From contig CAVUZH010000003.1 in the NCBI GenBank assembly GCA_963745835.1, positions 896,001-960,000 on the forward strand: a stretch of 64,000 nucleotides of DNA, in the 5' to 3' direction. Shown here one piece after another: positions 30,173 through 40,362 of this stretch (position 1 is the first letter of the stretch; each line of letters opens with the position of its first letter). This stretch comes from an uncultured delta proteobacterium (GTDB taxonomy: Bacteria; Desulfobacterota; Binatia; UBA9968). The notes beneath the pieces were generated by a model that ran no database searches, was not told the origin of the DNA, and was given only the letters and a program-made list of their open reading frames with translations. The translations under genes were made by a program, and so were the position numbers.

Positions 30173-31282
30173 ATGGCCGTGATTGAAACTGAAACAATTC
30201 AAGTCTCCCCGCCGCGTGCTCCAACCGTCGATACCGACCTCGGCTTCAAAGTGATGCGGGAGGCTTTTGCTGAGGCGAAGCGCTCGCATTCTGACGCCTT
30301 TTGCGAATCAACCTACATTCTAGCTGGCCAAGCCGCGCAAATGCGAATTGTCGGACGGAAACTTGCTCAGTTTATGAATTTGCCATTTGCACATCTCCGG
30401 TCTGATGATGCGCATTCCCTGATGCCCGGCCTCACCATTGAAATCTGGGATCAGGCTGAAACAAATGTCTCCTGCCAAATTGGGTTGACACGAGACAATC
30501 TGGATTTGCATCCGAATCTAAAGCGTTCTGCGGATGGTCGCTATGCTTCTTATCAACTCCAACATTCATTGGTATGTCTCGACCGTGTGTCCGGCTTGAT
30601 GATTGGTTATATATCGAATGCGGAAGAGCTGTCACTTTATGAACGCGGCAGGCCACTGCATGTGCCCTTGAGTTTGTGGCACAAGAACCAAGACATGCTG
30701 CTAATGCATGCCGGTCTGGTGTCCCAGAACGGTCGAGGTGTGTTGCTAGCGGGTCCCGGCGGGTCAGGCAAATCGACGTCGGCTGTCATGTGTGCATATG
30801 CGGGATTTGATTATCTGAGTGATGATCTAGTTGGCTTGGAACTCTCTGGCGGCAGTTTTGTCGGACATAGTCTCTACAATTCGACTTTCATGGAGCCGGA
30901 CCATCTTAAGCGTTTTAGTCAGCTTGAACGGCATGCGATAAGAGGCAGGTATTCATTCGAAAAAAAACATCTGGTCTTGCTGTCACAGATTGCCTCGCTG
31001 CGATTCGCGCACTCCTGCCGGATTCGTTCCATAGTCCTCCCTCGCGTCTTGCATCGTCCGACATCGGTTCTTCGGCGCGCTTCGAAAGGCGAGACACTCA
31101 TGGCCCTTGCCCCGAGCTCTCTTCTCGTTGGCGAAAGAAGTCAGGGTGTGGGCGGTTTCAATAAACTCGCGCGGTTGGTGGAGCAGGTGCCTTGCTACTG
31201 GTTAGAACTGAGTAACGCTCTGGAGGAAATTCCTCTTGTTCTTGGAGGATTGCTTTCGGTGGGAGCGGGCGTTGAAACTTGA
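30173..31282 (+). CDS. HPr kinase-related P-loop kinase
   Basis: MHAGLVSQNGRGVLLAGPGGSGKST...DYLSDD (H, Walker A and DD of the HprK C-domain), ending VPCYWLEL. Confidence 0.82.
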   Translation: MAVIETETIQVSPPRAPTVDTDLGFKVMREAFAEAKRSHSDAFCESTYILAGQAAQMRIVGRKLAQFMNLPFAHLRSDDAHSLMPGLTIEIWDQAETNVSCQIGLTRDNLDLHPNLKRSADGRYASYQLQHSLVCLDRVSGLMIGYISNAEELSLYERGRPLHVPLSLWHKNQDMLLMHAGLVSQNGRGVLLAGPGGSGKSTSAVMCAYAGFDYLSDDLVGLELSGGSFVGHSLYNSTFMEPDHLKRFSQLERHAIRGRYSFEKKHLVLLSQIASLRFAHSCRIRSIVLPRVLHRPTSVLRRASKGETLMALAPSSLLVGERSQGVGGFNKLARLVEQVPCYWLELSNALEEIPLVLGGLLSVGAGVET

Positions 31283-32381
31283 GGCGGCGAAACAAGATGC
31301 CTCGAACGGGGTCATCGCCTTCGATCTAATGCGGACCGCATTCGAGCGAACTTGGAAAAGTCATCCGGATCGCCGCTGGGATTCATTGTGCAGATTTGCC
31401 GGCCGACCGGCTCGGATCAGGGTGGTGGGGCAGGGCCTTTCAAAACAGATTGCCCGGGCTTTCGAACATCTTCTGGTTAAAGAAAATCCATCGAGCCCCG
31501 AACTCAAAATCGATCTATGGGATGAAGGGGACACGTCGGTCTCTTGTCCGGTGAATACGAAACCACTGGACCCGCGTCTGCTGAAATCGAGTTCTTATGT
31601 TGAATTCGGATTAATCCTAGGCTCCCTTAACGATCCTTATATCGGCTGCCAGCGCCCCCAAGTGGTCACCTGGTTTGGCCGTCGGGAGCAGCACATCGTT
31701 GGCTGGATATCCCATCACCATCAGCTCCCGATTTACGAACGCGGCAAGCCACTGCACTTTCCGTTGTTACTGTGGCATAGCGACCGAGGCGCGGAGGTGA
31801 TCCACGCCGCCCTCGTTTCTAAAAACGGCAAAGGAGTGCTCTTTGCGGGCAAAGGCGGGGCGGGGAAATCGACGGTCGCGTTAGCTTGTATTCGAGCCGG
31901 CTTTGGCTATCTCGGCGACGATTACATCGGGTTAGAAGCATGCGCGGGCGGGCACTTCGTCGGCCACAGTTTATACAGCGCGACTTGGCTCATGGCCGAT
32001 CATTTCGCGCGGTTTCCCCAATTGATGAGCTACGCAATCTACCCAGAGCGCCCTGAGCAAGAAAAAACGCTGGCTCTCTTATCTGAAGTTTTCCCGCACC
32101 AGCTTTGCCGAACTGCTACCGTCTACGCGTTGTTACTCCCACGCATCGTTGCCGATTCGGCAACCCAGATAAGGCCTGCTACGAAGGCGGAAGCGCTTTT
32201 CGCACTGGCGCCGAGCTCGATTCTCCTTCGTCCGAATTCAGGAGCAGCAACTTTGAACAAGCTTGGGCGCTTGGTTGAGCAGGTTCCGTGCTATTGGCTG
32301 GAATTTACACAAGATCTAAATGATATTCCGCCGCGGCTACAGGCCATCATCGGTCCCGCCCGGCCGGATCACTCACATTGA
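31272..32381 (+). CDS. HPr kinase-related P-loop kinase (tandem paralogue)
   Basis: IHAALVSKNGKGVLFAGKGGAGKST...YLGDDY. Shares YERG.PLH, GHSLY, ALAPSS and VEQVPCYWLE with 30173. Start uncertain. Confidence 0.82.
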   Translation: MKLEAAKQDASNGVIAFDLMRTAFERTWKSHPDRRWDSLCRFAGRPARIRVVGQGLSKQIARAFEHLLVKENPSSPELKIDLWDEGDTSVSCPVNTKPLDPRLLKSSSYVEFGLILGSLNDPYIGCQRPQVVTWFGRREQHIVGWISHHHQLPIYERGKPLHFPLLLWHSDRGAEVIHAALVSKNGKGVLFAGKGGAGKSTVALACIRAGFGYLGDDYIGLEACAGGHFVGHSLYSATWLMADHFARFPQLMSYAIYPERPEQEKTLALLSEVFPHQLCRTATVYALLLPRIVADSATQIRPATKAEALFALAPSSILLRPNSGAATLNKLGRLVEQVPCYWLEFTQDLNDIPPRLQAIIGPARPDHSH

Positions 32382-32750
32382 CTTCCAGTCGACTCAAACT
32401 CTCGATCCTTTCTACTCGTCTCCTCTTACATGTTGAACGGTTTCGCAAGCCTGGCTTTATCTCTGGGTAGGAAGAGACGGGAGCCGCTTATGACGTTGAT
32501 GATGATCCTTAGCACAGTCTTTTGCCATCTGGTTACGATCACGACTTGGGTTACAGCGAATGTTCTAGATTGCGCAGCCCGATTGATTTGCTTCTTAACA
32601 TCCTTGTTTTGCTACCTTTGTTGCTCTTCACCTTGTACGTTAGCTGGCACGTGAAGAACCGGCAGGCGGCAGCATTGGCGCGGGAAGCGGCTGAGTCAAG
32701 ACGCTGGCCGAGCCGGGAACCATAAGGCGCTGCCGTATCCATAAACGCAT

Positions 32751-33581
32751 ATGCAGTCTTACGCACAAACTAATGTTCAGCTCTTGAACCAACTTCGCTC
32801 CGAAGGTTACTCGAAAGAGGAGCGTGCATTCATTTCAAATGCCTACCAATTTGGAATGCGTATTTTTACCGGTCTCTATTTGCCCTCAGGCAAGCCGTTC
32901 CTCGACCATCTCGTAGGCACCGCCAGCATTCTTGCCTGGCTCCGCGCGCCAATCGCGGTTGTCGCGGCGGGCTTGGTCCATGCGACCTACCTTCACGGCG
33001 ACTTCGGCTGCAGGACCGGCATCTCAGACGAGAAGCGCAAGCAGGTAATCGACATCGTTGGCACGGAGAGCGAAAATTACATCACCAGATACGATCGCGT
33101 TCTCTTGACTGCCGAGGATGTCGCGTTACTTGAAAGCACGCTGCAACAATTAAGCAAGGTTGATCGCTACATCGTTCTTATGCGTCTGGCGAATGAACTG
33201 GAGCATCATTTGGATTTTGGCGGACTTTATCTTGTGCAAGGACAAAAGCAACAAGGAGCTCACCGGCGCTATCTTGAACGGCGCCTACCGGCGCTGCTCA
33301 AGCTAGCTAACGCTCTTGGTTACGGATCTCTAGCTGCGGAGTTCGAGAAGATTCAGCGGGAAATCGCCGTGCTGAAACTGCCTCTCGAACCGGTCATCGT
33401 TTCTCGCCAGAAGGTCGCTTATCTCATTGCGCCCAAATCGTACAGGGTTCGGTTTATCATTGGAGTTCCCAAACTCATGCTCCAAGATCTGCCTCAAGGA
33501 GTTAAACTTCTGTCCCTTAAGACTTATAGAGTCCTGAGCCATCTAATAGCGCAGCTTTGGAGACCTCGTAGCAGAGTATAG
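32751..33581 (+). CDS. RelA/SpoT-hydrolase-like HD-domain protein with degenerate HD motif
   Basis: PSGKPFLDHLVGTASIL...VAAGLVHATY resembles the RSH pattern SGEPY..H...VA.IL...AALLHD, with HD changed to HA. Confidence 0.65.
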   Translation: MQSYAQTNVQLLNQLRSEGYSKEERAFISNAYQFGMRIFTGLYLPSGKPFLDHLVGTASILAWLRAPIAVVAAGLVHATYLHGDFGCRTGISDEKRKQVIDIVGTESENYITRYDRVLLTAEDVALLESTLQQLSKVDRYIVLMRLANELEHHLDFGGLYLVQGQKQQGAHRRYLERRLPALLKLANALGYGSLAAEFEKIQREIAVLKLPLEPVIVSRQKVAYLIAPKSYRVRFIIGVPKLMLQDLPQGVKLLSLKTYRVLSHLIAQLWRPRSRV

Positions 33582-33627
33582 TTCGTAAAAAAACCTCTGC
33601 TCGATAAATTACCACTATTGGCTTGCT

Positions 33628-35326
33628 GTGTACGCTCAAACCAACCTTCAATTGTTTAATCAGCTTCGTCGCGACGGCTACTCAAAGACAGACCGCGATC
33701 TTGTGCGCGATGCCTATGAACTGGCGATGGTCCTTTTTAGCGGCCGCTTTCAGCCGTCGGGAAAGCCGTTCATAGCTCATGTCGTAGGAACGGCCAGCAT
33801 ACTCGCATCTCTTCAATTGCCCATTGCGGTCGTGGCCGCGGGACTGCTCCACAACGTTTATGAACAGGGCGATTTCGGAGACGGTCGTAAATGGATCTCG
33901 ACGGCGAGACGCCGTCGGATCAGGCGCGTTCTGAGCCCAGAGGTTGAAGAATGCGTTGCCAGGTTTCCTACCTTTTCTTTGGAATGGCCGACCAATCCGC
34001 TGGCGCGCGAAAATCCGCATGAACTTCCTTCAATCGACCGCGCTGTTCTATTAATTGTTTTCGCGGACCACCTCGAACATCTCCTGGATCTCGATGTTTT
34101 ATATTATCGTCATGCGATTCAACTGCGCTATCTAGACAACTCCAAAATCGCAGTTGAGACTGCCGACCGACTGGGCCAGCGTCAGTTAGCCACGGAAATG
34201 AGAGAGGCCATTCGGAGGACGGAATTCGCTGAACTGGTCGTGGAGCTCACTGAGCATCGAAGTGGGTCATTTGTTATTGTCCCCAAATCTTGCCGCATGC
34301 GATTCTCCACGGTGCTGCGCCAGGGACTCATGGATCGGGCTCACAAAGCGCGTAAAGAATTTTTAAGGCGACGTAAGTCCGTCTACCAGAAATTGCCGTA
34401 CGGCGTAAAAGCTCCCTTAGCCAAATGGATGGGAAAGAGGGAATTACTGCGCGGCGGGCTGATCATAAAATCGGAAGAGTTTAGAAGCCTCTTCCCTAGG
34501 GATGCGAGTGCTGTGTGTGTTGCAACCGGCTTTCGTTTTGTCGAAGGTCCCGTTTGGATCGCAGAGGAAAAAAGGCTCCTCTTTAGCGATATTCCCGCGA
34601 ATCGTATTTATAGACTCGCGGCCGATGGCCGCGTCATGACATTCCAGAAGCCGAGCGGCAACTCCAACGGTTTGACACGCGACCAAGAAGGGCGGCTGAT
34701 TGCGTGTGAGCAGGGCAATCGTCGAGTGACACGGACCGAAAAAGATGGCTCGATCACGCCTCTGGCCGATCGGTTTCACGGCAAGAAGCTTAACAGCCCC
34801 AATGACGTCGTCGTGAAGTCCGATGGCGCTATTTACTTCACGGACCCCGCCTACAGCATTACGCCTGGTCGGCAAGAGCAACCACTGCGAAGGAGTCTAT
34901 CGACTCTCCCCGGATGGTGAAGAGATCTCGCTCGTGGCAGATGATTTAGCTCGACCTAACGGCCTAGCGTTCTCGCCGGACGAAACGAAGCTTTACATCG
35001 ATGATTCAGAGCGCCGTCATATCCGGATATTCGATGTTGGTGATGATGGATCACTCTCGGGCGGCTCGCTGTTTCACGATATGAACGTAAGCATTCCGGG
35101 CTCCCCTGACGGCATGAAAGTGGATGTGGAAGGGCGTGTCTACTGCACGGGCGCGGGCGGCGTTTGGGTATTCGATCCTGCGGGGAATCATCTCGGAACC
35201 ATTGTTACACCAGAGAAGCCGTCGAATTGCGCCTGGGGAGACGATGATTGGCGGAGCCTTTACATTACTGCTAGTACCTCCGTCTACAAAATACGGGTCA
35301 ACACTCCTGGAATTGGAGCTTCATAA
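33628..35326 (+). CDS. Fusion of a degenerate HD-domain protein and an SMP-30/gluconolactonase; +1 frameshift near 34890
   Basis: N-half is paralogous to 32751 (YAQTNLQL, SGKPFIAHVVGTASIL, LLHNVYE). C-half has GFRFVEGPVW, SNGL, NSPND, YFTDP / GVYR, PNGLAFSPD, PDGMKVD, SNCAWG split over two frames. Confidence 0.8.
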
Positions 35327-35347
35327 GCTCGTCCTTAGCACAGGTCT

Positions 35348-36559
35348 ATGAATAACGCATCCTATTCAACACCCTCGTTGTCGCTGGCTTTATCTCTTGT
35401 TCTTCCCACCTCGGAGGAAACCCTGTTACTCCGCACATGTCTGTTGCCGCGTGATCTGGCGCGACAAGCTTGGGAAGAATGGCGTATCCGCTACGACGGC
35501 CCCGAAATGGGTTTTATCGGAAATAAACCGTCAATAAGAAAACTCCGTCCGTTGCTCTTCAGTGCCTTCCAACAGCATAACCTTCAGGCGGATAACAAGG
35601 TCAAGACCTACCTGCGATCGGTCTATCTAAAGGAGGAACTACGGAACAAGATATTTCGTCGAATTTGCCGCGCCGTTCTTCAGTTACTTCAAAGAGAAGA
35701 TTTTACCGCCATTGTACTCAAGGGCACCGCCTTGGCGGAAACCGCTTACGGCAACCCCGTGCTGCGCCATTGCCACGATATTGACATTCTGTTGCCGGAC
35801 AATGAATTGAGCCGAGCTGCGGATCTGCTGTCATCTTTGAGCTTCCGCAGAGTCGATCTACACGCCCAACCAGGAAACCCTCAAGTCAGGATGAAGCATG
35901 AGTCCGAACTCCCTCTCGAGCTTCACAGCCGACTATTCGAGGTGCCGTACTACAACGTAGTTTCCTCAGAAATTAAGGCACGAAGTAAAAGTCGGCTCAT
36001 TGCAGACATTCCGGTGAAAATCCTCACGCCCGCCGATAGCCTGCTCCATGTCTGCGGTCACGCCTCATACTCGAGCAAGCGTCCGTCGCTGCGCTGGGTC
36101 ACCGACGCCTGGTTCATTGTCGAACGTCATCCGGACCTAGATTGGGATCTGCTTTTGGAGTCCATACATCGTAGCCGACTGTCTTTACCTTTGTCCGTAA
36201 TGCTCGGGTACCTGGCAGAAGACCTGAATGCGTCAATCCCCTCTACATTTCTGAGTCGTTTGTCCGCGGCTGCATCAAAGTGCGACACGATAGAACGCCA
36301 GCTGGCGTTGCGCGGAACACGGGCGGCCGGTCAAGCAAGTCTCAAGGAATTATTTCGAAGGACAACAAACTGGCGAGAACGAGTGTTGCTCATTCAGTGG
36401 CTGCTTTTCCCATCATCCCGATATCTGCGGTGGGTGGATGAGGTCCGAGATTCGCGCCTACTACCTTTTCACTACGTTTACCGGCCAATTCGGCACTTTG
36501 CTCGATATGTTTGGTCGAAGTTACGGGGCACCATGCGGCGTACGGCGCTTGCTGAATAG
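35348..36559 (+). CDS. Uncharacterised nucleotidyltransferase family protein (NTP_transf_5-like)
   Basis: IVLKGTALAETAY...RHCHDIDILL, LELH, LLHVCGH, LRWVTDA. Confidence 0.85.
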   Translation: MNNASYSTPSLSLALSLVLPTSEETLLLRTCLLPRDLARQAWEEWRIRYDGPEMGFIGNKPSIRKLRPLLFSAFQQHNLQADNKVKTYLRSVYLKEELRNKIFRRICRAVLQLLQREDFTAIVLKGTALAETAYGNPVLRHCHDIDILLPDNELSRAADLLSSLSFRRVDLHAQPGNPQVRMKHESELPLELHSRLFEVPYYNVVSSEIKARSKSRLIADIPVKILTPADSLLHVCGHASYSSKRPSLRWVTDAWFIVERHPDLDWDLLLESIHRSRLSLPLSVMLGYLAEDLNASIPSTFLSRLSAAASKCDTIERQLALRGTRAAGQASLKELFRRTTNWRERVLLIQWLLFPSSRYLRWVDEVRDSRLLPFHYVYRPIRHFARYVWSKLRGTMRRTALAE

Positions 36560-36729
36560 CTGAGTAAGCCGCCGCGCGATTCAACAGTTCTTCGATAGTT
36601 GTGAAAGGCATTTGTAAAAGCGATCGATTATCCTTCCCATCCGGATTCCTTGACCTTACCCGAGACCTTCTGGAGCGATTGAAACAAACCGCCATCATCT
36701 GCCGACGCGCCTGTTAGACTCGTTTGAAC

Positions 36730-38014
36730 ATGAAAGCCCGACCACTTCGCTTCTGCATGATTACGACTTTCTATCCACCGTACAACTTTGGCGGGGATGG
36801 AATCTTCGTGCACCAACTAACCAATGAGTTGGCGGCTCGCGGACATTACGTCGAGGTCATACATTGCATCGATGCGTATCGACTTATGAGACGGCCTGAA
36901 CCGACGCAACAGCTATAGTGACCATCCTAATGTAAACGTGCATGGATTAAAGAGCCGCCTCGGTTCCTTCTCTCCCTTAGCCACTCAGCAGATCGGTAGT
37001 CCGTTGTTAAAAGCAGCTCGCATCCGGAAGATTTTGGCAAAGGGGTTCGACGTTATCCATTTTCACAACATTTCCCTGATCGGCGGTCCAAAAATTCTAG
37101 AATACGGGACCGCAATTAAGCTCTACACGATGCATGAGTACTGGTTGATTTGTCCGACCCATGTGCTCTTCAGATTCAATCGAGCAGTTTGTACACAGCC
37201 GCATTGCTTCACCTGTGAACTCTCCTACAAGCGTCCACCACAGTGGTGGCGCCACTCAGGCATGATTCAGTCCGGCATTAAACATATTGATGCTTTCATA
37301 GCTCCGAGCCGATTTAGCAAGGACCTGCACCATCGGATGGGGTTGGACGCGCCTATTGTACATGTGCCGCATTTTATTCCCGGTATGCAGCCAAAGACGC
37401 CGCTGCCGAAGCGTCAAGAGCGGCCAGAATTGGGACAGAAACCTTATTTCTTATTTGTCGGCCGTTTGGAAAAGATCAAGGGGTTGCAGACACTCATTCC
37501 CATGTTTCTTCAATACCAGAAGGCGCAGTTGTGGATCGCCGGTGAGGGCACATACGGATTGGCCTTACGCCGTTTAGCGGGAGACAGTGACAACATCCTT
37601 TTTCTGGGGCATAAGACCAAAGATGAGCTGCAGACACTGTACCGAAATGCAGTTGCGCTGGTGATTCCATCCTTATCCCTTGAGGTATTTGCTTTGGTTA
37701 TCCTCGAAGCCTTCCTACAGCGAACGCCGGTGATCGTGCGAAACATTGGTGGCATGCCGGAGATCATCCAAGAGAGTGGCGGCGGCTTTGTTTATGAAAC
37801 CAATCAAGATCTGGTCATGGCTGTGGAACAACTGATAACCGATGGTGCCTACCGTGATCGGCTCGGCGCATGTGGTCACAGCGCCCTATACAAAAAGTGG
37901 ACTGCCGATGCTCATCTAACATCATATTTGGGATTGATCGGTCAAATTGCCGCTGCGCGTGATGATACATCGCCGAATTTCAAATCACTGCCAACGAGTC
38001 ATTCTTCGCACTGA
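36730..38014 (+). CDS. GT4 glycosyltransferase, paralogue of 280-1575; +1 frameshift near 36907
   Basis: ORFs 36724-36918 and 36938-38014 join (PT/NSYSDHPNVNVH vs HEDHPNVTVH in the paralogue). FVGRLEKIKG, EVFALVILEA. Confidence 0.85.
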
Positions 38015-38084
38015 ATGGTTCTGCTCGGAATTTGCATCGCATAGGATAATCTGCGGCCTACGAGTGTAGCGGTGGCATTTTCAT

Positions 38085-38366
38085 ATGAAGCACAATAAGC
38101 ATCTTGAGATCGAAACACAAATCAAGCGGTTGCTGGTTTCTGAGTTGAAAGTCAATCCCGCTCTGCTTGAGAACACGGACCCGACTATGCCGCTTTTAGG
38201 CAGAGGGATTGGATTGGATTCCGTCGAAGCTATGGCGCTTCTAGTGAGCTTGGAAGAGGAATTTGGACTGGCGATACCAGACAACGATCTGACGGTGGAT
38301 CTTTTTGAAAGCGTCAGTACTTTGGCTGATTATATTGCGCATGCGCTCTTAGAACGAACAACCTAA
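38085..38366 (+). CDS. Acyl carrier protein
   Basis: 93 aa, acidic, GIGLDSVEAM phosphopantetheine attachment motif, LEEEFG. Confidence 0.88.
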   Translation: MKHNKHLEIETQIKRLLVSELKVNPALLENTDPTMPLLGRGIGLDSVEAMALLVSLEEEFGLAIPDNDLTVDLFESVSTLADYIAHALLERTT

Positions 38367-38506
38367 ACGGTTCCCGCTTACCGGCGGTGGTATTTGTATG
38401 GCAAATTTTCAAAAGTTGAGCTTCAACTCGCGTAGAATCGTTTGACTTTTACGTTCGTGACTCCGCTCATACGACCCAGACACCATCCTTTCGACCGGAG
38501 ATTGTA

Positions 38507-39979
38507 ATGATGGAAACGCTCCCTGAAATGCTCGCAGCTGTGACGGCAGACAATCCAGGACGGATTGCCATTGTGGAGGACGAGACGGTGTTATCGTTCG
38601 GAGAGCTTAATCATCGCATTCTCTCTCTCGCCGGACAACTTCAGCGGTTGGGAATCCGGAGTGGAGATCGGGTCGCCGTGCTTCTTCCGAACGGATTACA
38701 TTTTGTCGTCAGCTACTTTGCTATTGCCGTCTTGGGAGCAGTCGTCGTGTCGTTGAACGATCAATACCAGGATGTAGAATTGCGTCGATTTCTTGCAGAA
38801 ACGAAGGCCTCTCTTTTGATAACATCCCGCCTGGCCCATGATTCTTGCCAACGAGTACTTCGGTTTTATGAAAGTTCGTGTCAGCTCTTTTTAATCGAGG
38901 ATCGCGAACAAAGATCAAATGATGAAGCTCGTTTTTCTGATTTTGGTTCGGTCCAAGCCGATGCTCCCGTTATGTACCAATTCTCCTCGGGCTCAACGGG
39001 ACGGCCGAAGCTAATCGCGCGAACGCATCGGAATTTACTTTGCGAGCTCGACAGTTTGATCCGGACGTTTGAATTATCCGCGGAAGATCGCTTCCTCGGC
39101 GTAACGCCATTTTCACATGTCAATGGATTGATGCGCAGCATGATGGCAAGTCTGGCCTCGGGAGGGACTCTCTATCCCGCCGCTCGCTTCGACCGCCACG
39201 CGGTCGTGGAAATGATCGAGAAACACCGTCTCACGATTTTTATCGGAGTTCCCTTCATGTTCGGGGTTATGGCAAAAACCAACTACCCGCGCCGACCTGA
39301 CGTTTCTTCTTTGCGGCTTTGTATTTCGGCAAGCGCACCGATGCCGGTCGAGCTCAATCGTCAATTTCAAAACAAATTTGGAATGTACGTCCGGCAGCTT
39401 TACGGCTCCAGTGAGACCGGAACGATCAGTGCTAATTTGAACGCCGACATCGGTGAATCGTTAGACTCGGTCGGCCGACCAATCGCCGGTGTCAATATCG
39501 AAATCTACTGCGATGAGAGACAATTGACGCCTGAAAATGAAATCGGAGAAATTGCCGTTAAAAGCGAGGCGGCAATTCAGAGCTATGGGTCCGAAGATCT
39601 GGACAATGGCACATTCCGCGACGGATATTTCTTTACGGGAGATCTGGGTCGGAGAGACGCAGACGGCCTACTCTTTTTACTTGGACGAAAGAAGCTCTTC
39701 ATCAATAAGGCAGGCTACAAGATCAACCCCAGAGAAGTCGAGGAGCTACTCGAAAGCCATCCTCGAATCGAGGAGGCGGTCGTTATCGGCGTCGCAACGC
39801 CTTTCGGTGATCAAAAGGTTAAGGCGCTGCTCGTGACGAATGCCCCTTGCTCGGAGCGAGAAGTTGTCGAGTTTTGCCGGGGAAAAATCTCCGATTTCAA
39901 GATCCCCAGTTTAATCGAATTCACGAACGCGTTTCCAAAAAGTCCCACCGGTAAGGTCCGAAGGGAACTGCTGACCTGA
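38507..39979 (+). CDS. Class I adenylate-forming enzyme (acyl-CoA/acyl-ACP ligase)
   Basis: FSSGSTGRPK, LYGSSE, FTGDLG, LGRKK, PKSPTGKV. Adjacent to the ACP. Confidence 0.9.
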   Translation: MMETLPEMLAAVTADNPGRIAIVEDETVLSFGELNHRILSLAGQLQRLGIRSGDRVAVLLPNGLHFVVSYFAIAVLGAVVVSLNDQYQDVELRRFLAETKASLLITSRLAHDSCQRVLRFYESSCQLFLIEDREQRSNDEARFSDFGSVQADAPVMYQFSSGSTGRPKLIARTHRNLLCELDSLIRTFELSAEDRFLGVTPFSHVNGLMRSMMASLASGGTLYPAARFDRHAVVEMIEKHRLTIFIGVPFMFGVMAKTNYPRRPDVSSLRLCISASAPMPVELNRQFQNKFGMYVRQLYGSSETGTISANLNADIGESLDSVGRPIAGVNIEIYCDERQLTPENEIGEIAVKSEAAIQSYGSEDLDNGTFRDGYFFTGDLGRRDADGLLFLLGRKKLFINKAGYKINPREVEELLESHPRIEEAVVIGVATPFGDQKVKALLVTNAPCSEREVVEFCRGKISDFKIPSLIEFTNAFPKSPTGKVRRELLT

Positions 39980-40362
39980 TCAGGATCCACTATGAACCTG
40001 TCGTAGCAAAGAGGTCCTTTTCGGTCGACTAAGACTATAAAGACTTCAAGACCAACAAAGTCCAATTTGATGTGTAGAGGCGTGCGACCTAATCGTGCTT
40101 TTCTGGTTTTCTGAGCTGCAGGTGCAGCGCCGTCTTAATTGCGCGTCGCATCTAGAACTCGTAAACACTCCTAGCAAAAGATCGCAGGTTAATGGTCACT
40201 ACTAAGGAAACTTAGAGTCCCAATTGTCTTTCACTGTAAATCTTCCAGGAATGCTTTGCCACAGTTAAACCGCTCTCACTAACTCTCTGGCGGTTCACGG
40301 CGTTTCTTACGTCGCGCGGGCTAAAAGACCGTTGCCGGCTTTTGTTAATACTCTTTGTGAGT

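Noticed and set aside
32751-34450. Active (p)ppGpp hydrolases or a toxSAS antitoxin module
   Set aside because: The HD aspartate is missing and no alarmone synthetase is nearby.
34870-34925. Programmed ribosomal frameshifting at the broken genes
   Set aside because: No slippery heptamer or shared motif at the five sites. Sequencing error is more likely.
39980-40340. Small precursor-peptide ORF between the ligase and oxidoreductase
   Set aside because: No SD-led short ORF with a leader-like motif was found.
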